Assembly (NCBI RefSeq): GCF_004010195.1
Contig: NC_057722.1
Coordinates: 36,372,638-36,436,637 of the forward strand
From: Chiloscyllium plagiosum
Taxonomy: Eukaryota
Length of the DNA stretch: 64,000 nt
Reading direction: 5' to 3'
The notes under the pieces were generated by a model, which saw only the letters and a list, made by a program, of their open reading frames with translations, had not been told where the DNA came from and ran no database searches. Below, in pieces: positions 51,990 through 63,289 of the stretch (position 1 is its first letter; every line of letters starts with the position of its first letter). The position numbers and the translations under genes were made by a program.

Positions 51990-53740
51990 ACGTTTATAAA
52001 AATCACAGAGCAGAGGTCTCAGAACAGATTCCTGCGGTACACCACTGGTTACCGAGTTCCAGGCTAAATACTTTCCATTCTACTACCAACCCTTGTCTTC
52101 TATGAGCTAGCAAATTCTATATCCAAACAGCGAAATTTCCCTGTATCTCATGCCTCCTTACTTTCTGAATGAGCCTACCATGGGGAACCTTATCAAATGC
52201 CTTGGTAAAAATGGCACACACCACATGCACTATTCTACCTTCATCAATGTGTTTTGTCACATCGTGAAAAAGTTCAGTAAGGCTTGTGAGGCATGACCTG
52301 CCCCTCTCAAAGCCATGCTGATCTATCTCTAATCAAACTGTGCTTTTCCAAATAATCAAAAATCCTGTCTCTCAGAAATCACTCCAATAATTTGCCTACC
52401 ACCTACCTAATTGCCAGGGTTATTCTTATTCCCTTTCTTGAACAAGGGAATAACATTTGCCACCCTCCAATCATCTGGCACTACTCCAGTGGACAGTGAG
52501 GATGCAGCAGTCTCTTTCCTCGCTTCCCAAATTTACCTTGGGTATATCCCATCTGGCACAGGGAACTTATCTATCCTAATGTTTTTCAAAATTTCCGACA
52601 CATCCTCCTCCTTAACATCAACCTGCTTGAGCATATCAGCCTGTTTCACGCTGTCCTCACAAACAACAAGGTCTGTCTCACTAGAGAATACTGAAGCAAA
52701 GTATTCATTAAGAACCTCCCCTACCACCACCTATTCCAGGCACAAGTACCCACCACTATCCATGATTGGCCTTACTATCACGCTGGCCATCTTCTTGTTG
52801 CTCACAGAAGTATAGAACGCTTTTGGGGTTTTCCTTAATCCTAACCACCAAGGCTCTTTCATGAACCTTCTAGCTCTCTTAAGTCCATTCTTCAGTTCCT
52901 TTCTGGCAACCTTGCTATGTGATCCTTGCTTCCTCAACCTGAAGTAAGCTTCCTCCTTCGTCTTGCTAGATGTTCCACATTTCTTCTCCCCTAAAGGTTC
53001 CTTCACTCTATCATCCTTCCCTTGCCTCAGTGGGACAAGCTTATCCAGCATTTGCAGCATGTGCTCCCTAAACAACCTCCACATTTTTGTCATGTATTTC
53101 CCTGAGAATATCTGCTTCCAATTTATGAACCACAGTTCCTGCCTAATAGCATTGTAATTCCCCCCCAATTAAACACTTTTCTATACTGTCTGCTCCTATC
53201 CCTCTTTATGACTATAATAAAGGTCAGGAAGTTGTGATCATTATCAGTGAAATGCTGTCCCGCCAAGAAATCTGACACCTGTCCTGGTTCATTGCCAAGC
53301 ACCAAATCCAACATGGCCTCCCCTCTCGTTGGCCTATCTACATATTGACATCCCTGACAAAACCTGCTGCATATGAAGTTGTTGCACTGAGGTGGTTCCA
53401 ATCAACATTTGAGAAATTGAAGTCACCCATGACAACAACGGTCTTATTTTTGCACCTTTCCAAAACCTGCCTCCCAATCTGCTCCTCAGTTTCTCTGTTG
53501 CTATTGGTGGGATCAATAGAAAACCCCCAACAAAGTGGCTGTTCCTTTACTGTTTCTGACTTCCACCCATAATGACTCAGTAGACAAGCCTTCCTCAATA
53601 ACCTACTTTTCTGCGGCTATCCTTGACTAGCAATGCCACTCCCCCACCTCTTTTTACCTCCCTCTCTATTCCTTTTGAAACCTCTAAACCCTGGAACATT
53701 CCTGTTCCTGTGATATCCAAGTCTCTGTACTGGCCACAAC
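51990..53740 (-). mobile_element. CR1 ORF2 remnant (endonuclease to RT)
   Basis: VVMGDFNFSNVDW, PTRGEAMLDLVLGNEPGQV, DNDHN and KFPVPDGIYPR. Confidence 0.85.
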
Positions 53741-53744
53741 ATCA

Positions 53745-55150
53745 TAGCTACAGGAATAGTGCCAGAAGACTGTAGGATAGCAAATGTTGTTCCCTTGTTC
53801 AAGAAGGGGGTTGACCCAACCCTGGAAAGTATAGTCTACTTCAGTTGTGGGTAAAGGGTTGGAAAGGATAAGAGCGGACTTATTATCACCTAGAAAGGAC
53901 TAAGTTGATTAGGGATAGTCAACACTGTTTTGTGAAGGGTAGGTCATGCCACACAAACCTTATTGAGTTCTTTGAGAAGGTGACAAAACAGATGATGAGA
54001 GTAAAGTGGTTGATGTGGTGTATATGGATTTCACTCAGGCATTTGATAAGGTTCCCCATGGTAGGCTATTGCACAAAATATGGAGGCACAGGATTGAGGG
54101 TATTTTAGCAGTTTGGATCAGAAATTGGCTAGCTTAAAGAAGGTGGTGGTGGTTGATGGGAAATAATCATCTTGGAGTTCAGTTACTACTGGGTACTACA
54201 AGGATCTGTTTTGGGTCCATTGTTTTATAAATGACCTGGTTGAGGGCATAGAAGGATGGGTTGGTAAATTTGCGGATGACACTAAGGTCGGTAGAGTTGT
54301 GGATAGTGACGAAGGATGTGTAGTTACAGAGAGACGTAAATAAACTGCAAAGCTGGGCTAAGAGGTGGCAAATTGAGTCTAATGTGGAAAGGTGTGAGGT
54401 GATTCACTTTGGAAGGAGTAACAGAAATGTAGAGTACTGGGCTAATGGTAAGATTCTTGATCGTGTGGATGAACAGAAGGATCTCTGTGTCCAGGTACAT
54501 AAATCCTTGAAAGTTGCAACCCAGTTTGATAGGGTTGTTAAGAAGGTATATGGTGTGTTAGCTTTTATTGGTAGAGGGTTTGAGTTTCGGAAACATGAGA
54601 TGATGCTGCAGCTGTACAAAACTCTGGTGTGGCCCCATTTGGAGTATTGCGTACAGTTCTGGTCACCGCATTATAGGAAGGATGTGAAAGATTTAGAAAA
54701 GGTTCAGAGGAGATTTACTATGATGTTGCCTGGTATGGAGAGAAGGTCGTATGAGGAAAGGTTGAGGGACTTGAGACTGTTTTTGTTATAGATGAGAAGG
54801 TTGAGAGATGACTTAATTGAGACATACAAGATAATTAGATGGTTAGATAGGTTGGACAGTGAGAGCCTTTTTCCTTGGATGGCAATGGCTAACACATGGG
54901 GTCATAGCTTTAAATTGAGAAGTGATTGGTATATGACAGATGTCAGAGGTAGTTTCTTTACTCAGTAGTAGGGATGTGGATGGCATTGTCTGCAACACTA
55001 GTAGATTCGCCAACTTTAAGGGCATTTAAATGGTCATTGGATAGACATATGGACGAGAATGGAATAGTGTAGGTTCGATGGGCTTCAGATTAGTTCCACA
55101 GGTTGATGCAACATTGAGGGCCGAAAGTGCTGTGCTGTAATGTTCTAAGT
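53745..55150 (+). mobile_element. CR1 RT to 3' end
   Basis: SQHCFVKGRSCHTNLIEFFE, FADDTK and LYKTLVWPHLEYCVQFWSPHY. Confidence 0.9.
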
Positions 55151-55249
55151 ACTCATCCATGCTGTAAGTTCATCACCCTTATTCCTGACAATTCTTGTGT
55201 GAAAAGAGCCACACTTCACACTGACTGCAACTTTGCGTTATCAATTGTC

Positions 55250-56450
55250 TATCTTTTCTCACAGACTCTCTGTATACTGTATCTGCCTATTCAACAGATA
55301 CCTCATCCACTGATCTGTAGTTCCAGTTCTCATTCCCCTGTCAAATTAAACCCTCGCAAAGATTTCTAGCATACCTCTCACCCAGGATATTGGTACCCCT
55401 CCAGGCTTACTAACCCTTGGTACTAGTAGTAACCCTGAGATTACTACTCTGCTCATCCTGCCTTTTAGCTTACAACCTAACTCGCTATATTCACCTTTCA
55501 GTTCTAATGTCGAAAGGTTGGGAGTGTTTTGGAAAGTAGCAAAGGGCTACCACAGGATTGATTAAAAATGGAATGACAGCAAACCAACCAGAAATCTCAA
55601 AACCATTAAGAGCTTTTACAGGTATGCAAAAAGGAAAACAATAGTTAAACTAAGCACTAATCCCTTAAATGCAGAGACAGGAGAAATTACCCTGAAGATT
55701 CAGAAACAGCAGAGACATGGAACAAATATTTTTTCTGTCTTCACAATAGAAGACCTGTTATAAAACAGAAATAAAGTGAAATCTAGGGCTATTAAGAGTG
55801 ACTAATAAGGTAGACAAGGGAGACCAAAAGCTGTAGTACACTTGAATTTACAAAAGACATTTGATAAGGTACGACACAAAAAGTTAATAGGCAAAATAAG
55901 GACTTGGGGAGTTTGGGGTGTTAAAATGAATATATTAAAATGAATAGAGATTGCTTAATGGACAGGAGAAGAAAATGGCCATCAATGATATATATTCAGG
56001 TTGGCAGGCTAGGATCAGTGCTCTATAAAATCTATGTATGAGTCAGAAAAAGACTTGATATATCTGGTTGCTGATGATTCAAATCCAGGTGCCAATGCAA
56101 GGAAATCATAGAGTCTGCAAAGAGGTAAATACAAGTGAGTGGGAAATAGTGGCATATGTCAAGTGTAATGTGGAGGTTTATGAGGTTATTTGCTTTGGCC
56201 GTAAGAACAAAAAAGCAGAATTGTTTTTAAGAAGTGTGGATCTTGTACATGTTACTGTTCAGAAACTTGTGTATCCCCATATTGGGGAATACCATTAGTA
56301 GGTAAATACATCAAGCAATTAGGAAAGTAAATGGGATATTAGCCTTTATTTCCAGTGGACAAGAGGTCCTGAATAAAGAAATATTGATGCACATGTGCAG
56401 GACTTTGGTGACACTACACTTTAAATATTGAGTCCAACTTGGTTATTTAA
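55250..56450. mobile_element. Old CR1 remnants
   Basis: ttgaatttacaaaagacatttgataagg (LDFxKAFDK-like) and aagtgtaatgtggaggtttatgaggtt blocks. Confidence 0.55.
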
Positions 56451-56569
56451 AGAAAAGAAACAATCTTTGGAAAGTTTTAAACACTGCCAGACAAAAATTT
56501 AATCGTGGTCACTTCTATATCTAAACTGACTGTCATGCACATGTATATTTACAGCATGCAATTGACTAT

Positions 56570-56810
56570 CATTTTCTACCCTACACCAGATTTGCAAACT
56601 ATTCTTGATCTCTTCAATTCTGCATACAAAAAAAACTCACGTTGTCCTTGAATGTTGCCAAAACAAAAAACATTTCAACCTAAGCCTGGTCAATCAAATA
56701 TTCCATCCAAATATGCTGAAATGGAAACTCTGGAATATGTTGAGTACTTCCCATTGCTTGGCAGCCACCTCTCACAAAAGACTGCCATTGGTGAGGAGTA
56801 AGGCATTTGA
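56570..56810 (+). mobile_element. Probable RTE-clade LINE RT fragment
   Basis: Reads with frameshifts as LSLNVAKTK...ETLEYVEYFPLLGSHLSQKTAIGEE, resembling the RTE RT motif LExVxxFxYLGSxLS. Confidence 0.5.
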
Positions 56811-57409
56811 CTTCGATATCTATTATATCCCTGGTACCTCAGACATACCAAATTATTAAATCTGAATAAAATTGCTATAAGTTTCATTAGCACCGCACAT
56901 AACCCTCTGCACCCTCACGAGCTTCCATCGTTCTCATGGTGCAAAATCACAGTAGATTTAGTCACTATTCATGGTGATGATTTTCTCCTAGACAATGAGT
57001 ATTTCTCCAAATTTCCGGTTGTCTTTAAAGAAGATGTAAGTTAAAGAATATTTTGTGTGCATTAGTGGTAGATGCAATGTGTACACTATTCAGTATACTT
57101 AATAATTGGATCCCAAATGTTTGAAACGTTTTGCCACAATAAACAACATTCTCATGGTTCAATATCCCTCGTGAGTTGATTCAACAAAATACATTCCCTG
57201 GAAGAACAATTGGTGTCAGATTATTCTCCAGATTTGGGGCAAAATGTAGTGGCATCGAGAGCCAGGATTTGTGATTTTCCAATTGTACATATATCAATCT
57301 TGAATTTTTTGGTGCTGATCTATTCCTCTTTTGCCCCTTAGGTTTACATAATGTGTGTGAACACATTAGCATAATTGCTCATCTTTACTCACCAGTGCCA
57401 AAATGCTTA

Positions 57410-57555
57410 AAAACCGAAAAAATTGCAGATGCTGTAAATCAGAAACAAAAACAGAAACTGAGGAAGAGTCACCTGACCCGAAACGTTAACTTTGATTTTT
57501 CTGCATAGGTACTGCCAGACCTGCTGAACTTTTTCAGCAACTTCTGTTTTTGTTA
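57410..57555 (+). mobile_element. Fold-back Penelope-end insertion with hammerhead-like core 57458-57487
   Basis: CTGAGGA-AGAGTC-acct-GACCC-GAAA-CGTT, and inverted termini aacaaaaacagaa/ttctgtttttgtt. Confidence 0.7.
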
Positions 57556-58239
57556 CAGAATGTTTTTAAAAAGTTGTTAATTTAAAGGGACACTCTTCAG
57601 CAGGCTTTATGACTACCAGGAGCTGTCTTATTCTTGAACGGAGTCGTTTTTAAAAGTACAAAATAATTATTCTCTGGTAACTGTAGCAAACTCTAAATCC
57701 CGAATTAGAGACGTGCTGTCCCCAATTTACTGTTGGGGACATCTGGCCTATTTAAAGGTCATTGCACACGTGAAGTGGTTTACTCCATTCTTTTAAAACT
57801 AAAGGAAACAAGAACAGAAATTGCTGGAGAAAATCAGCAGATCAGCCAGTATTTGTTGACAGATCTAAGAGCAGCGTGAACGTTAATGTTTTTAATCCAG
57901 TGACCCTTCTTCAGAACGAGTTTAACAATTTCCGCTTTAGTTTCCGATCTTCAGCATCTGCAATTACTTGTTTTATTATAATCGAAAAATAAAGAGAATT
58001 TCAGTTCTGTAGTTTAAGTTATAAACAGCGTCGAAGTAGTATATAATAGGCTGAGATTGTGTGGTGTCGACTTTTCAAACTGAATTGGATATTTGAATAT
58101 GTTTCACAAGTTAATGAACCTGAACAAAGGAGGTTTCTTTCAATACAGTGTTTAGCACTCAGTGATAGCTCACTACACTTCGAATTACAGATGTTATGAA
58201 ATATTCACTATTCCAAATTTCCAGCATGTCAAAGTTTGG

Positions 58240-58627
58240 ATTTTCCGAATGCCGTGGGGGGGGTCATCTTTATCGGATCGGGAGGGTACGACGGTTCACC
58301 GACCAATCAGGTACGGCCTTGGTGCCCCCAGCTCCAATCATCGGCCGCAGAATCTTAACTGTTCATGGGATGACCAATCAGAATAGGACTTTCCAATTAT
58401 CTCCTTGCGTCTTCGTAGACCAATCAAAGAGGCGTTTAGAAGGGTGGCCCGAATTTTGAATTTGGTTGTTGAGGACGCGGTGGGCTCAGGTTCCAAAGCC
58501 GTTATAAGGCGAGAGAAAGCGCCAAATTTAAACCGGAGCTTTGCTTTTTTTTTATTCGCGATACCTGTCCGCGGTTTTGTGGGTCGCTTGGATTGAGACG
58601 CAGCCACGACTTACTGCCGGCGTGACA
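58240..58627 (+). promoter_or_regulatory. ECT2: ECT2 promoter/5'UTR: CpG-rich, multiple CCAAT boxes, CHR and E2F sites
   Basis: CCAATCA at 58303, 58334, 58374 and 58420. TTTGAA at 58455-58460 preceded by GC-rich TGGCCC and a 4-nt spacer. GCGCCAAA 58519-58526 followed by TTTAAA 58527-58532. Confidence 0.8.
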
Positions 58628-58757
58628 ATGGCCGAGTGGGGTTCAGTGGCCGTTAGCGCCGGCAATGTTCTGGTAGATTCATCCGGTTTCGATTCCAGAC
58701 TCGCCGATTCCTCCAAGGAGCACCTCCTGATCGAGACTGTATCGGACGCTGTGGAAG
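58628..58757 (+). CDS. ECT2: ECT2 (RhoGEF, cytokinesis) first coding exon; gene presumably continues beyond the window
   Basis: ACAATGG Kozak context. MAEWGSVAVSAGNVLVDSSGFDSRLADSSKEHLLIETVSDAVE resembles the human ECT2 N-terminus (MAENS...LADSSIFDSKVTEISKENLLIGSTSYVE). G|gtaacg donor. ECT2 neighbours NCEH1 in human. Confidence 0.8.
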
Positions 58758-59164
58758 GTAACGCGAGTGTTTGACAGAGGTTCCAGTTCCAATGCCCGAA
58801 AGCATGTTACTTTCCAATCCCCTGGGCCTCATTAGTACCTGATAACGATCCAAACTCCATCAGTAGTCATCTTCAACGGAAGAGGCTACAACGGCTATTC
58901 TGACGATAAAATATAATCTTATGACTCCATCTCTTCAAGATACAGCACAACGCTTAGTTTAGTATTCATATTGCCCGATGTAAATCTTTGTAGCAAGTTG
59001 ATTAATGCATACCCAGGCTGAGGTTACTGCAATGTTTACTGTAGGCAAGTATTATATGTCACTTTATGCTGTTAGAATAATTAAAGCTTGCTTGTCAAAA
59101 AGCCACTTAGCTTTTGGTGCCTACGTCAATCAAGAAACCATCTAAACAAACTCCACTTTTCAGT

Positions 59165-59600
59165 AATATAGAGCCTGAGATGTATAGCACGGAAACAAAC
59201 CCTTTGGTCCAACTCGACCTTGCCCAAATATCCTAAATTAATCTGGACGCATTTGGCTCTAAACCCTTCCTATTCATTTACACACTGAGATGCCTTTTAA
59301 ATGTTGTAATTGTACCCGCCTCCACCACTTCCTTTAGCACCTCATTCCATATAGGCACCACCCTCTCTGTGAAAAAGTTGCTCCTGAGGTCCCTTTTAAA
59401 TTCCACCCCAATCCCCACCTTAAACCTATGCCTTCTTGTTTTGGACTTCTCTGCTTTGGGGAAAAGAGCTTGGCTATTCACCACATCTAAGCCCTGCATG
59501 ATTTTACGAGCCTCTGACGCTCCCATCCTATTCAGCCCCTTTTAGCTCAAGCTCTCCAATCCTGACATCCTTGTAAATCTTTTCTGAGCACGTTTCAGAA
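59165..59600 (-). mobile_element. CR1 3' fragment in the ECT2 intron
   Basis: FFTERVVPIWNEVLKEVVEAGTITTFKRHL. Confidence 0.85.
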
Positions 59601-59769
59601 AATAAAGCAGTTTCCATGCTGTAAAACTCTATAACTGAGTGTGCTAGAAATTTGAAACAAAGACAGAAAGTACTGGAGAAACTTAGCAGGCTTGGCAGTA
59701 TGTTTAGAGAGGAAAACTTAACAATGCTGCCAGATATGTTTTCCATTACATTCTGTTTTTAAGCACTTT

Positions 59770-60420
59770 AGTGTTTAGCCAGTAAACACGTGGCTAAGGG
59801 ATTGGTGTGGGAAAGAGGGATTCCACGTTGTGGGGCATTGGCATCAGTTTTGGAACCGGGGGATCTGTACCGTTGGGACGGTCTCCACCTGAACCGATCA
59901 GGTACTAATGTTCTAGCAAAAAGGATAAATAGGGTGGTCAGTAGAACTTTAAACTTCTGAGTTGGGGGAAAGTGAAAGCGAAAGCGACAGGGAGTATGGA
60001 GTTAAATGGAAAGATAAGTGGCAGGATAGCATATGTGCAGGCAGATTTAAACTTGAGACAGACTGGCAATGCAGCAAAAAGGAAGGATAACTTAGGACAT
60101 CTTATGACTTCCAATATCTCGAATGATAAGAAAGTTAATATTAAGGCACTTTACCTGAATGCTCGTAGCATTCATAACAAAACAGACGAACTAATGGCAC
60201 ATAACTTAGGACATCTTATGACTTCCAATATCTCTAATGATAAGAAAGTTAACATTAAGGCACTTTACAAATGCTACGAGCATTCTGGTAACAAAGCAGA
60301 CGAACTAATGGCACAGATCATCATGAATAATTATGATGGGGTAGGCATCACAGAGACGTGGTTACAAGGGGGTCAGGACTGGCAGTTAAACATCCAAGGG
60401 TTTTCAACTTATCGAAAAGA
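59770..60420 (+). mobile_element. CR1 fragment spanning the ORF1 esterase end and ORF2 endonuclease start
   Basis: WLRDWCGKEGF..DGLHLNRSG (SGNH-type esterase), then LYLNARSIHNK..DEL..VGITETWL. Confidence 0.85.
60087..60314 (+). repeat. 114-bp tandem duplication
   Basis: ataacttaggacatcttatgacttccaatatctc... begins at both 60087 and 60201. Confidence 0.9.
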
Positions 60421-60489
60421 CAATGGTCCATGTCGGTACCAACGATATAGATGAAAGAGGAAAGAGATTATAATGAGGAAATCATGTGA

Positions 60490-61455
60490 AGGAGCCAGTG
60501 TTGGACTGGGGTACACAACATTAAAAATCACACAACACCAGGTTATAGTCCAACAGGTTTATTTGGAAGCACTAGCTCCTTCATCAGGTAGGAGTGGGAC
60601 AGAATCTAAATACACAGAATTGATAGCAAAAGATCTCAATGTCATGCAACTGAAATAATATATTGAACAAACCTAGATTGCTGTTAAGTCTTTCATCTTT
60701 TAGAATGGGTTGCAGGTTTCGGTTCATTAATATGTAAATCCCAGAACTTCTCTTAAGTCACATTCACAAGATAACTTAAGGTTTTATAAAAAAAAAGTGA
60801 CATCTCAGCTCAGACAATGCATTAAATGTGTGAGGTCTATATCCCAATCTTGAGTCAGACTGTTTCTATTTCAAAAATAGGAATTCATAAAATATTACAT
60901 GGATTGACTGCCTGCAGATTGTGCATTTTTTGAGCAAAATAGAATGTATCTGCTAATATAATTCTGCAAATGCAAATTCACCCCATAGACTTATATGCGT
61001 GTGTGCGCGTACATGAGAGAGAGAGGGTGTTAGTGTGAGCATGTGACTGTGTATGTGTGAGTGTGAGAGCGCGAGAGAGTGTGTGTTTGCGTATGTGCGT
61101 GCGTAAAGTGGGTGTGGGTGTGATGGAGTATATGCCTGTGAGAAGATGTGTGTGTGGGTATGAGTGTGGGCGGTATATGTGCGTATGTGTATGAGCGAGC
61201 GCGTGTGTATGGGAGAGGGTCTGCATGAGTGTCTGAGTATGTAAGAGTGTGTATGTTTGAGAGAGTGTATAGTGTAGTGGGGTCACCTCCTAAGGTACCG
61301 TTTGAGGTAATCCTAATGGGTACCAAACTTGGCTATCAGCCTCTGCCCTGCCATTCTGCTTTGTTACATATCCCAAAATCCACTCGGGGGGATGGTCACC
61401 CGAAGATCCAAGGCCGAATGTCCCTGACTGTGTAGTGTTCCCTGATTGGCAGGGC
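60490..61455 (-). mobile_element. Penelope-like retroelement 3' portion: GIY-YIG C-terminal remnant, CA-rich tract and pseudo-LTR
   Basis: Minus strand 61455-61310 reads, with frameshifts, LPIREH..SQGHSALDLRVTI..QRLIAKFGTH, resembling the PLE endonuclease C-terminus. It ends in cctgatgaaggagc..tagtgcttccaaataaacctgttggactataac, shared with 15634-15834. Confidence 0.7.
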
Positions 61456-61539
61456 ATGGTGAGCAGCTAGACACTAAATTGAAAAGCAGAACCAAACAAA
61501 AATAATCTCCAGACTATTGACTAAACCACAAGCTAATTG

Positions 61540-61740
61540 GCACCGGGTCAAGGTTAAAGATGTAAACACATGGCTTAAAGATTGGTGTAGGTAGAACAGG
61601 TTCAATTTAATGGGATGTTGGCACCAGTATTGGGGACGGAGGGAGCTATTGTAATGGGACAGGCTTCACCTGAATCATGCGGGGACCAGACTCCTGATAA
61701 ATTACCTAACTGGAGCTGTGAATAGGGCTTTCAACTAAAT
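61540..61740 (+). mobile_element. Second CR1 ORF1 esterase remnant
   Basis: VNTWLKDWC..WHQYWGRREL..WDRLHLNHAG with in-frame stops. Confidence 0.7.
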
Positions 61741-63025
61741 AGTGGAGAGAGGGGGTTTCTGTTGGATAGAAAATTTAAAAATCGAAAGTAAACGAGCAGA
61801 TTGGATTGCAGGTTCGTGACGGGACTGATTGTTAGCAGAAAATAAAAGGGAGGAAACAGAATGTGTGAATGTCAACTTACACCAAGGAATCACAGAGTGG
61901 AAGGAAGTTAGATAGTAGAACAAGGCTACAGAGGATCAGTGTGCAACTCACAATACATAGGTAATTTGAGGGATATGCTACTATTCGAAAGGTGAAAATG
62001 TTTTACTCCTTCATTCAATCATACAGAGGAAACAATTTTATTTAAAATTCCAATGATCAGTGTAGTTTCCTAATGTTTAGGAACTAAATGAATATGCTAG
62101 CTACACTTCACCAGAATATCTTTCTGCTAAAATCTGAATGGGATGTCAGATGGAGGACAGGATGGCCTAGGATGGCCTCACAATACAACTATGATCAGAA
62201 GCTGAGGTTATCTCTATAGGTGCACCCTCACTGCTGATCATTTTCAGAATGTTGTGTTTTTGATTCCAATGTTAATCCACAGTTTAACCAATATATTGAC
62301 TTCTGTTTCACAACTTGGCATTCTAGAATTTGAATTCACAAGTGCTCAGGTATCAAATGATTTTAAATTGGTCCAACTCTACCCCCTCAGCTTTTTCTGT
62401 ATGTTATATGGGGTCCTCACACTCTGATCGATCAACTTTCTCCTTTCATACCAACCCATGATTTTTGGATTTGACAGTTAATTTTGAAGGCGGATGACCT
62501 TCTCTCTGCTTAACAGTTTCATTTAATTTTCATTTCCCTTTTACAAATTCAGTTTTGTAAACTAGTTTAGCACTCGGGCTGCTTTTCAAAAGAATATTAT
62601 TTTAAGAGCTGGTTCTGTCGCTAAACTATTATTAACCTTACATTTTGAAGTTACAACATTTTGTCCAGGCTACTGGAGAAATAACTTCTGAAATGCTGCA
62701 AAACATCAGAGGGCATGAAAACCAACATATTTATTGGACTAAAATCTTTACAGAATATTGAGAAGAGGAAATGACATCAACTACTATTTTGAAGAACGAC
62801 TTGTGGTTGTAATGTGCGACTTGAGGACATTCTGTCTGTGTAACTTGTAAATGTAAACATACATTCTTGCAAAGACTGAACAAACAGTTTTATTTCAATT
62901 TGCTTCAATGAGATGTTCTCACTCTAAGTTGCTCTCTTCTTGTTCAGAGAGATGGGACGTCCTGGCCCGTTGAATCTTGCATGTTTCTTTCTCTTGGTAG
63001 AGGCGCGAGCAACCATATTTGGGTT

Positions 63026-63288
63026 TAAGACCATAAGACATAGGAGTGGAAGTAAGGCCATTCGGCCCATCGAGTCCACTCCGCCATTCAATCATGGCTG
63101 ATGGGCATTTCAACTCCATTTACCCGCATTCTCCCCGTAGCCCTAAATTCTTGATGTCACAAGGAATTAAGGGCTATGGGGAGAATGCGGGTAAGTGGAG
63201 TTGAAATGCCCATCAGCCATGATTGAATGGCGGAGTGGACTCGATGGGCCGAATGGCCTTACTTCCGCTCCTATGTCTTATGGTCTTA
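63026..63288. repeat. Near-perfect 263-bp palindrome made of two LINE 3' ends
   Basis: Arms of about 128 bp, loop about 63154-63159, about 5 differences by eye. Confidence 0.95.
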
Positions 63289-63289
63289 T

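Noticed and set aside
43635-57400. Search for a P-element/THAP9 transposase catalytic region downstream of the THAP gene
   Set aside because: No recognisable ORF or terminal inverted repeats; the region is LINE debris and AT-rich sequence.
60978-61326. His/Thr-rich ORFs
   Set aside because: Translations of a degenerate (CA)n/(TG)n tract within the Penelope-like element.
62640-62975. Acceptor-like sites as candidate next ECT2 exon
   Set aside because: Phase-1 translation from each candidate hits a stop within a few codons and shows no ECT2 similarity.
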